Source: Anolis carolinensis
Lineage: Eukaryota
DNA: 64,000 nucleotides
Assembly (NCBI RefSeq): GCF_035594765.1
Contig: NW_026943821.1
Coordinates: forward strand, 17,329,608 to 17,393,607
Direction of reading: 5' to 3'
In this document: positions 23,852 to 33,435 of the stretch, in pieces
How the letters are laid out: each line of letters opens with the position of its first letter
Numbering within the stretch: position 1 is the stretch's first letter
Notes under the pieces: model-generated
Database searches by the model: none
What the model was told of the DNA's origin: nothing
What the model saw: the letters and a program-made list of their open reading frames with translations, nothing else
Program-made: the position numbers and the translations under genes

Positions 23852-26800
23852 GTAGAGTCTCACTTATCCAACACTCATTTATCCAATGTTCTGGAATATC
23901 CAACGCATTTTTGCAGTCAATGTTTTCAATATATCGTGATATTTTGGTGCTAAATTCGTAAATACAGTAATTACAACATAACATTACTGTGTATTGAACT
24001 ACTTTTTCTGTCAAATTTGTTGTGTAACATGATGTTTTTGTGTTTAATTTGTAAAATCATAAACTAATTTAATGTTTAATAGGCTTTTCCATAATCTCTC
24101 CTTATTATCCAACATATTCGCTTATCCAACATTCTGCCGGACCGTTTACGTTGGATAAGTGAGACTCTACTGTATATATATAAATGTAATGTGCATAATT
24201 CCCATGGAGTAAACAACAAAACCACTGGACCAAATCACACCAAATTTGGCCACAAAAGACATAGTCATCCAATCAATCTGCATGCAGCAGCGTGTCAGCA
24301 AAAATGGCTAGGCGTGTCAGTGCTGACACATGTGTCATAGGTTGGCCATCACTGCTCTAGAGCATGTGCAGATCTGTGCCTGTTCATGCAGGCACAATCA
24401 CCCACCTATCAATCTATGAATCATATTAGGACTTGGGAAGATTCACAGGGTGTCCTCACTAAATAAATTTCCCTGTAATTCTTGGATAGCACTGATATCC
24501 CAAGTGAGTCCATCATCAAGGCATGGCCATATGATCTTAAACAAACAAAAAAAGAGATGACATCTGAATGCCAATCTTCTATAATGAGTGTGAGAAAAAG
24601 TTGTCAGGAACATGTTGTCCTTGCCAACGTCAGACTTCAAAATTAAGTTTGGACCCAACATATGCTATTCTTGTACCTCACACCAGGAATGGGCAATGTG
24701 GTGCTTTCAAGATACTGCTGGACCACATCTCTAATCAACCTCAACCAACATGACCACTGTCCATAAATTACGGGGGTTAGAGTCCAAAGCATTTGGCAGA
24801 CATGAAATCAACTACTATGCCATACAGCTACCAAGCAGAAACCATGAAAATATTTGCCACCCAAGCACCAAAAAAACCTAAATCATAAAGCCCTCCACAA
24901 AGCTACATACCGGGCGTTCCTCGTGCTTGGCATGGACCTCAATGTAGTCACCCACCACCTTCACGTTCAACTCCTCTGGGGAGAAATGCTTCACGTCCAG
25001 CAACACAGAGAACTTGTCTTTGTCCATCTTCATCTGAAGAAGAGAAAACATACCACGGTCTAACAAGACTTTGGCAACATTCCTTTTCTCGGTCTTCTTC
25101 ATCTAGGCTTCAGCCTTCTCACTTGGGAGTGTTTTTCACTCCGGTTGGGCTGGACCACCACCATCTGACCTAGTCTACAGAAATGATAGAAGGTGGAGTC
25201 CAACTCATGTTCAATATGCCGGGGTGCCTCTGGATACCACCAAATACTCCCTGTCCGCAACTACCGTGTTTCCCCGAAAATAAGACAGTGTCTTATATTA
25301 ATTTTTGCTCCCAAAGATGCGCTAGGTCTTATTTTCAGGGGATGTCTTAGTTTTCCATGAAGAAGAATTCACATTTATTATTGAACAAAAAAACGAACAT
25401 TTATTATATACTGTACAGTAGTTGTCATCACAAACCAGCATAACCAGACAAACTGTGAATCCTATCCAGAATTTCTTGTTACTACCATTATTTCCATGTA
25501 CAACACTCTATGGTACGTACATTTACCAATCCTGCATGTTCTGGTGTTTTGTTTGGCGGGCATGCTTCCAAACAAAAACTTTGCTAGGTCTTACTTTCAG
25601 GGGAGGCCTTATATTTAGCAATTCAGCAAAACCTCTACTAGGTCTTATTTTCCGGGGATGTCTTATTTTAGGGGAAACAGGGTAGCAACTCTCTGGAGAC
25701 CACCTTTTGGTGACACAAATGGCAAGAAGGAAACCTTCCATACTGGGTTGTATGTTTTCTGGGCTGTATGGCCATGTTCCAGAAGTATTCTCTCCTGACG
25801 TTTCGCCCAGATCTATGGCAGGCATCCTCAGAGGTTTTGAGGACCTCACAACCTCTGAGGATGTCTGCCATAGATCTGAGCGAAACGTCAGGAGAGAATA
25901 CTTCTGGAACATGACCATACAGCCCAGAAAACATACAACAACCCTGTGATCCTGGCCATGAAAGCCTTCGACAACACCTTCCATATTCCTAGGACTTCAA
26001 GTTCCTTAAGCCCAGCATGGCCAATGGTCAAGGGTTTGAGGAAATGCACAACCACAGTGTTGGATCCCCAGATGCCTCATCATGGATACCCAGCAGAATT
26101 AACAGTTGGACACGACAGACACTGTCATCCACAAATATCAGAGGACTCAAAGTTAGGAAAACCTGATTGAGTTGCAGCTCATTAGAATGTCTTCAGACTC
26201 TCTTGTTGTTGAATAGTATTAACTATAACATTCACACTCTGACATTTTGGAAGAAACTCAGCACAGTGGTTGCATTTATCTCAAAATATATCTCTTTTCT
26301 TCCTTGCATTCACAATAGCTCTGTAAGATAGACTGAGGCAAGAAAACATATATGTGTTGTCGAAGGCTTTCATGGCCAGAATCACTGTGTTGCTGTGAGT
26401 TTTCCGGGCTGTATTGCCATGTTCCAGAAGCATTCTTTCCTGACGTCACAACTTCTGAGGATGCCTACCATAGATCATAGAATCATAGAATAGTAAAGAG
26501 ACCGCATGGGCCATCCATTCCAACCCCCCGCTAAGAAGCAGGAAATCGCATTCAAAGCACCCCCGACAGATGGCCATCCAGCCTCTGCTTAAAAGCCTCC
26601 AAAGAAGGAGCCTCCACCACAGTCCGGGGCAGAGAGTTCCACTGTTAAGCAGCTCTCACAGTGAGGAAATTCTTCCTGATGTTCAGGTGGAATCTCCTTT
26701 CCTGTAGTTTGAAGCAATTATTCTGCATCCTAGTCTCCAGGGCAGCAGAAAACAAGCTTGCTCCCTCCTCCCTATGACTTCCCCTCATATATTTGTACAT

Positions 26801-29464
26801 GGCTATCATATCTCCTCTCAACCTTCTCTTCTGCAGGCTAAACATGCCCAGTTCTTTAAGCCGCTCCTCATAGGGCTTGTTGGTGAAACATCAGGAGAGA
26901 ATGCTTCTAGAACATGGCCATACAGACAGAAAAACTCACAGTAAGCCAGAAAACACATAGTCAAAGTCACCTGGTAAGCATCTGGAGCAGACTGAGAATC
27001 TGGTCTCTGCCCAGTCTCGGTTGGCTAACAAGAGCACAACCTCTATACAAACATAAGCATAGTTCACAGCTGCTGGATTTTTCCTTTAGACAGACGATAG
27101 CCACAGCCCTATGGGAAATCCGCATGCCATCTTCGGCATCCTGGAAATCTCAAACAGCATATGAAACTTAAGCAGCCTCTTGGAAAGCATTTGTGATGCC
27201 GGCTGGTGAGCTGATGTCCCAAATAATGACTTTTCTAAAGAACCAGTTTTTATTTTGGTGTGGAAATACGCAGGATTCCTACCAACATTGCCCCACTCTA
27301 TATTTAGAACCAGAGAGCTTGGAACAGCCTCTGATATCCCTGCCAAGGCCTGTGACAAGGCATTTGGAGGAAGACATGCAGGACAGAAGCCCAACATTGG
27401 GACTCCGAGAGGGAAGGGGGAGCTCAACCGGGCTCAAGTCAAAGGGTTTGGGCTATTGCCCCACAAGCCAAACAATAGATTGGGTTGCTGTGAGTTTTTC
27501 AGGCTGTATGGCCATGTTCCAGAAGCATTCTCTCCTGACATTTTGCCCACATCTATGGCAGGCATCCTCAGAGATTGTGAAGTATATCTTAAACTAGGCA
27601 AGGGAGGTTTATATATCTGTGGAATAATGTCCAGGGTGGGAGTAAGAACTCTTGTCTGTTTGAGGCAAGTGTGAATGTTGCCATTAATCACCTTGATTAG
27701 CATTGAATAGCCTTTCAGCTTCAATATCTAGCTGCTTCCTGTCTGAGGGAATCCTTTGTTGGAAGGTGTTAGCTGGCCCTGATTGATTCATGTGTGGAAT
27801 TTCTCTGTTTTCTAAGTGTTGATCTTTATTTAATGTCTGAGTTTAGATTTTTTTTAAAAAAAAAATACTAGTAGCCAGATTTTGTTCATTTTCATGGTTT
27901 CCTCCTTTCTGCTGAAATTGTTCACATGTGTCTGGATTTCAGTGGCTTCTCTGTATAGTTTGTCATGGTGGTTGATAGAGTGGTCCAGCATTTCTGTGTT
28001 CTCAAGCATGTGGATACCATGGAAATGAACAAAATCTGGCTACCAGTATGAAAAAAAACTCTAAATAAAAAACAACACTTTGAAAACAGAGAAATTCCAG
28101 ACATGAAACAATCAAGGACAGCTAACACCTCCAAACAAAGGACCCCCCCCCTGCACTAAGCAGCCATACTTTGAAGCTGCAAGGCCATTCAATGCTAATC
28201 AAGGTTGCAAATTGTAACATTCACATTTGCCTCCAACAGGCAAGAGTTCTTTCTCCCACCATCTACATTCCCAACTGGCCTAGTTTCCAATGGACCTCAC
28301 AACTTCTGAGGATGCCTACCATAGATGTGGGCAAAACGTCAGGAGAGAATGCTTCTGGAACAATGCCATACAGCCTGGAAAACTCACAGCAGCCCAGTGA
28401 TTCGGGCCATGAAAGCCTTCGACAACGTAACTGATTTTGTTAGAGAGTTGCTGTGAGTTTTCCTGGCTGCATGGCCATGTTCCAGAAGCATTCTCTCCTG
28501 ATGTTTCACCCACATCTATGGCAGGATCCACTTTCTCTCTATAAACCCCACTTGCCTAGTTTCCAAAGGACCTCACAACCTCTGAGGATGCCTGCCATAG
28601 ATGTGGGCGAAACGTCAGGAGAGAATGCTTCTGGAACAATGCCATACAGCCTGGAAAACTCACAGCAGCCCAGTGATTCGGGCCATGAAAGCCTTCGACA
28701 ACGTAACTGATTTTGTTAGAGAGTTGCTGTGAGTTTTCCTGCCTGCATGGCCATGTTCCAGAAGCATTCTCTCCTGACGTTTCACCCACATCTATGGCAG
28801 GATCCACTTTCTCTCTATAAACCTATAACCCCCACTTGCCTAGTTTCCAACGGACCTCACAACCTCTGAGGATGCCTGCCATAGATGTGGGCGAAACGTC
28901 AGGAGAGAATGCTTCTGGAACAATGCCATACAGCCCGGAAAATTCACAGCAGCCCAGTGATTCGGGCCATGAAAGCCTTGACAACATAACTGTCGTGGGT
29001 TTTCCGGGCTGTATGGCCATGTTCCAGAAGCATTCTCTCCTGACGTTTCACCCTCATCTATGGCAGGATCCACTTACTCTCTCTTCTCCCCTCCCCTCCC
29101 TCTCTGTGCCCATCCTTCGCTTGGCATTGTCTCCCTGGCAGGAATGTTACCATAATAGGCAGCGGCGCTTCAGAAGCCCAGCCCTAAGGCTTGCCCCAGG
29201 CACTCTGCACATGCCCAGAGGAAGCCCCCCTTCCTCCCCCAATTTCCTCACTCGCTGACTGACCTCGGAGAGTCCGGTCTCCGGGACGTGGACGCTGGGG
29301 GCGCGCATCATGTAGTAAGGCGAGAGGGTCGGGGAGAAGAGGTCGCTCTCCAGGAGCCCTTCCCCGAAGCGCTGGTCGAAGAGCCGCCCCGGGAAGAGCG
29401 AGGGCATCATGGAGGGGAAGCCCATGGCGCGGCGCAACCAGGGGTGGCTGATGGCGATGTCCAT
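21865..29464 (-). CDS. HSPB6: HSPB6 (Hsp20) small heat shock protein, 173 aa
   Basis: Exons 29264-29464, 24911-25033, 21865-22062 (phase 0, GT-AG). HSPB6-type motifs [48 protein letters not shown]; adjacent to LIN37 as in mammals. Confidence 0.92.
23289..23790 (-). mobile_element. Non-autonomous Helitron
   Basis: Minus strand: starts in (TA)n-AAAAGAGTG and ends with hairpin gccac..gtggc about 10 nt before CTAG|T; no TSD. Confidence 0.6.
23768..23848. repeat. (TA)n(CA)n compound microsatellite
   Basis: Seen directly. Confidence 0.95.
23850..24172. mobile_element. Tc1/mariner MITE, family A
   Basis: TIRs; TA TSD. Confidence 0.9.
25264..25682. mobile_element. Tc1/mariner (pogo/Tc2-like) MITE, family B
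   Basis: TIR cc(g/c)tgtttcccc(g/t)aaaataagac; TA TSD; second copy at 9624-about 10001. Confidence 0.85.
25744..25977. mobile_element. Palindromic pair of Penelope pLTR ends, with hammerhead motifs on both strands
   Basis: Inverted repeat with its axis near 25843. Confidence 0.8.
25794..25834 (-). ncRNA. Minimal type I hammerhead ribozyme motif (Penelope-derived), sense to HSPB6 pre-mRNA
   Basis: CCU CUGAGGA UGCCUGC CAUAGAU CUGGGC GAAAC GUC AGG. Confidence 0.65.
26476..26880 (-). mobile_element. CR1 LINE 3' end inserted into a Penelope hammerhead
   Basis: [19 protein letters not shown]...[21 protein letters not shown] plus an (ATTCTATG)n tail. Confidence 0.9.
27478..28430. mobile_element. 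Inverted pair of Penelope-like 3' ends (minus 27478-about 28005; plus about 28010-28430)
   Basis: ORF end [41 protein letters not shown] followed by pLTR; mirrored copy. Confidence 0.75.
28579..28619 (+). ncRNA. Minimal type I hammerhead ribozyme motif
   Basis: CCU CUGAGGA U GCCUGC CAUAGAU GUGGGC GAAAC GUC/AGG; predicted cleavage after 28616. Confidence 0.75.
28863..28903 (+). ncRNA. Minimal type I hammerhead ribozyme motif
   Basis: Identical to 28579-28619; predicted cleavage after 28900. Confidence 0.75.
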
Positions 29465-29544
29465 GCCTGCGATTCCGTCCCGGCTTTTCCTCCTCCTCGC
29501 AACGCAAAGTTCTCCCAAGAAGAAAGTGTCCTGCGGCCGGGCGC

Positions 29545-29665
29545 CGCGCTCGCTTTTATATCCATCGCTGGAATACGCTAGAAGCGCGGAGAGGCTTCGG
29601 GGCGGGGCGCGAGGCGACGGGGAGCCAATCGCCTGTTCGAGAAAGGCACGGGGCGGGGCCAAGGC
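29545..29665 (-). promoter_or_regulatory. HSPB6 core promoter
   Basis: TATAAAA on the minus strand at 29554-29560, about 90 nt upstream of the ATG; GC boxes ggggcgggg (about 29599 and 29649); CCAAT (about 29625); partial heat-shock element gTTCgaGAAa (29635-29644); CpG rich. Confidence 0.75.
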
Positions 29666-29919
29666 CTCGGTCCTTCTCGCTCTGTCCTGAAAAGGGTCTC
29701 CGGGAGCTCCAGATAGCGCATGCTCAAACACCACCTTAACACATTGAGACAGGGGTCCCCAAACTTTTTAAACAGGGGGCCAGTTCATGGTCCCTCAGAC
29801 CATAGGAGTGCCGGACTATAGTTGAAAAAAAAACTATAAACAAATTCATATGCAGACTACACATCTCCTATTGTGAAATTTTAAAAAAACCCAAACGGGA
29901 ACAAATACAGCCTCAATGT

Positions 29920-30154
29920 TTTGTCGAAGGCTTTCATGGCCAGGATCACAGGGTTGTTGTAAGTCTTTCGGGCTGTGTGGCCATGTTCCAGAAGCATTCT
30001 CTCCTGACGTTTCGCCCACATCTATGGCAGGCATCCTCAGAGGTTGTGAGGTACCTCACACCTCTGAGGATGCCTGCCATAGATGTGGGCGAAACGTCAG
30101 GAGAGAATGCTTCTGGAACATGGCCACACAGCCCGAAAGACATACAACAACCCA
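29920..30154. mobile_element. Palindromic Penelope pLTR pair with intact hammerheads on both strands (30003-30043 minus; 30061-30101 plus)
   Basis: Near-perfect inverted repeat around gaggtacctc (axis about 30052); flanked by direct repeat cagcctcaatgtt. Confidence 0.8.
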
Positions 30155-30304
30155 GCCTCAATGTTAATCATAATCATAATAAAAATAATAAAGAGGGTTG
30201 GAAGAGACCCCTTGGGCCATTTAGTCCAACCCCTTCAACCTTTGTGCACCAAAAGCACAAGCAAAGCACCCCTGACAGATGGCCACTCAGCCTCAATGTT
30301 AATA

Positions 30305-30622
30305 CAGTCTCACTTATCCAACACTCGCTTATCCAACGTTCTGGATTATCCAGCGCTTTTTTGTAGTCAATGTTTTCAATACATCAGGATATTTTGGTGC
30401 TAAATTCGTAAATACAGTAATTACTACATAGCATTACTGCGTCTTGAACTACCTTTTCTGTCAAATTTGTTGTATAACATGATATTTTGGTGCTTAATTT
30501 GTAAAATCATAACCTAATTTGATGTTTAATAGGCTTTTCCTTAATCCCTCCTTATTATCCAACATATTCGCTTATCCAACATTCTGCCAGCCCGTTTATG
30601 TTGGATAAGTGAGACTCTACTG
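30305..30622. mobile_element. Tc1/mariner MITE, family A (left TIR partly deleted)
   Basis: Internal homology; right TIR intact. Confidence 0.85.
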
Positions 30623-30859
30623 TATATATAAACCTTCCTTGCTTAGTTTTTCCATACCTCACAACCTCTGAGGATGCCTGCCATAGATGTGGGCAAAACG
30701 TCAGGAGAGAATACTTCTGGAACATGGCCACACAGCCCAAAAGACATACAACAACCACCTTAACACATTGAGACATTTCCCAGTCCTAGGACACTTCAGC
30801 CCTCTTTCAAGCACTGAGCTCATCACATGAGTTGACCTAATTCTAGCTGCCATGCCTAG

Positions 30860-31548
30860 CGTTGTGGAAGGCTTTCATGGCCAGGATCACTTAATTGCTG
30901 TGAGTTTTCCAGGCTGTATAGCCGTGTTCCAGAAGTATTCTCTCCAGATATTTCACCCACATCTATGGCAGGCATCCTCAGAGGTTGTGAGCCTGTTAGA
31001 AACCAGGCAAATGGGATTCATATACAGTAGAGTCTCACTTATCCAAGCTAAACAGACCGGCAGAAGCTTGGATAAGTGAATATTTTGGATAATAAGGAGG
31101 GATTAAGGAAAAGCCTATTAAACATCAAATTAGGTTATGATTTTACAAATTAAGCACCAAAACATCATGTTAGACAACAAATTTGGCAGAAAACGTAGTT
31201 CAATAAGCAGTAATGCTATGTAGTAATTACTGTATTTATGAATTTAGCACCAAAATATCACGATATATTGAAAACATTGACTACAAAAATGCGTTGGATA
31301 ATCCAGAATGTTGGATAAGTGAAGCTTGGATAAGTGAGACTCTACTGTATCTGTGGAAAGTCCAGGGTGAGAGAAAGAACTCTTGTCTGTTGGTGGCAAG
31401 TGTAAATGTTGCAGTTGGCCACCTTGATTAGCAATAAATAGCCTTGCAGCTTCAAAGTCTGGCTTCTTCCTGTCTTGGGGAATCCTTTGTTGAGAGGTGT
31501 TTGCTGGCCCTGATTTATTCATATCTGGAATTCCTCTGTTTTCTGAGT
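30860..31548 (-). mobile_element. Penelope pLTR fragment with MITE A inserted at 31025-31347
   Basis: Homology to the other pLTR copies; MITE sits at a TA in the tatatatctgtgga segment. Confidence 0.75.
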
Positions 31549-31570
31549 GAGGGGCTCCCTGGATCTAGCA

Positions 31571-31935
31571 GAGTGGTTCTCAACCTGTGGGTCCACAGAT
31601 GTTTTGGCCTTCAACTTCCAGAAATCCTAACAGCTGGTAAACTGACTTCAAATTCTTCAAACTACAGGAAAGGAGATTCCACCTGAACATTAGGAAGAAC
31701 TTCCTCACTGTGAGAGCTGCTCGGCAGTGGAACTCTCTCCCACGGACTGTGGTGGAGGCTTTTAAGCAGAGGCTGGATGGCCATCTGTTGGGGGTGCTTT
31801 GAATAAGATTTCCTGCTTCTTGGCAGGGGGTTGGTTGGACTGGATGGCCCATGAGGTCTCTTCCAACTCTACTATTCTATGATTCTATGAGTTCTAGGCC
31901 AAAACACTGGGGGACCCACAGGTTGAGAACCACTG
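31571..31935. mobile_element. SPIN-like hAT MITE with a CR1 3' fragment inserted (about 31645-31888)
   Basis: Termini (c)agtggttctcaacctgtgggtc / gacccacaggttgagaaccactg; 8-bp TSD atctagca. Confidence 0.7.
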
Positions 31936-33112
31936 ATCTAGCATCACAACTCCCATCATCCCTCCTCATTGGCTGGGAGCTGCGAGAAGACAACATCTGG
32001 AGGGTGAAATGTTCCTCATCCTTGAAATGCAGGCAAGCACAGCCCTCTTTTTGGATATACATCCATGCAACCCTTCTCCCTTCGGCTATTTGCCCTTCCT
32101 CTGCTGTATCAGTCTCTCCCCAGGAAAAAATGCCAGGCAAAAAAGGCGTCCCATCCAGTCCGACTGCCAACTGCAGCAACATTTATTATAGAGTGTTTGC
32201 AAAAAGCTCTTGGAAGCAGTGTCATCTAATCCAGAATGCCTCCCACCAAACAAGGGAAAAGCTGGCATTGTGGGGCCATAGCAGCTGTATATATAAGTCG
32301 GATGCTTGCAACTCAGGGACTGACTGTATATAAGTTTTGAAAACATATAACCAAAAATTATGCTGGATCCCACAGTTGTGCAAGCAATGGTGCAATAGGC
32401 TCCAGGGCCTTGTGTTCACCTGTTATACAACAGCTCTCCACCTACTGTGAAAAGCAGGCAACGGGTGCCTGCGTGTAAGTGCAAAGACCAGGGACCACAC
32501 CAGGACATGGGCAGAGCACCCAAGAAGATTTCAGCTTTGGACTTCAGCTCCCTAACGCCCGGCCGGTATGGGGCTCATGGAATCCCCAAACATCTGGGGA
32601 GCCAAATATTGAGAGCAACTGATACTCATGATATGTATGTATAAGCTGTAGGTCAGATGGTAACAGCAAGGTCAGAGAGAATTTTGATGTAGAAAGTATT
32701 GTGTCTGTCCACACTCCTTAAAAATCTAAGCGACATCAGAGCCAAAGCATGCGAGGACAACACATAGGGAATCCTACAAAGCTCCTTGGAATGAACTGTC
32801 CCAAGCCCCTAACCAATGATAATAGTCTGGGTTACCTACTTCTTTCTATACATTCCTCACTGTATGCATTTTCTCTGGCTCAGTTCATTTTTATGAGCTT
32901 CCTCAGATCTTTTATCAAACCATGTTTATTTTAATGTGATTTTATGATGTTTTATTGATCAGTTTTTATTTTGATGTGCTTTATTACAATGTCTGTAATC
33001 ACCTGGGCTTGGCCCCGTATAAGCTGCCCCAAGTCCCTTCGGGGAGTTGGAGGCGGGGTATACAAATAAAGTTGTTGTTGTTATTGTTGTTATTATTATT
33101 ATTTTCATAATA

Positions 33113-33435
33113 CAGTAGAGTCTCACTTATCCAACATAAACGGGCCGGCAGAATGTTGGATAAGCGAATATGTTGGATAATAAGGAGGCATTAAGGAAAA
33201 GCCTATTAAACATCAAATTAGGTTATGATTTTACAAATGAAGCACCAAAACATCATATTAGACAACAAATTTGGCAGAAAAAGTAGTTCTATACGCAGTA
33301 ATGCTACGTAGTAATTACTGTATTTATGAATTTAGCACCAAAATATCACGATATATTGAAAACATTGACTACAAAAATGTGTTGGATAATCCAGAACGTT
33401 GGATAAGTGAGTGTTGGATAAATGAGACTCTACTG
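33113..33435. mobile_element. Tc1/mariner MITE, family A
   Basis: TIRs; TA TSD. Confidence 0.9.

Larger units (their letters stand above)
22942..24354. mobile_element. hAT non-autonomous element with a nested Helitron and MITE
   Basis: TIR cagtgatgg...ccatcactg; 8-bp TSD ctctacag/ctctagag. Confidence 0.75.
28280..29072 (+). repeat. Three tandem units (276/284 bp period), each a Penelope pLTR with hammerhead followed by a truncated inverted copy
   Basis: Direct repeats include the unique junctions gtaactgattttgttagagag and ggatccactttctctctataaac. Confidence 0.9.

Noticed and set aside
28280-29072. CRISPR-like array
   Set aside because: Eukaryotic DNA; the units are about 280 bp and the intervening sequences are repeated, not unique spacers
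29147-29734. 195-aa ORF extending HSPB6 at its N-terminus
   Set aside because: The extension runs through the TATA and GC boxes; homology starts at MDIAISHPW
25523-31079. Recurring ORFs of the type [19 protein letters not shown] / [12 protein letters not shown]
   Set aside because: Translations of the non-coding Penelope pLTR repeat, not a gene family
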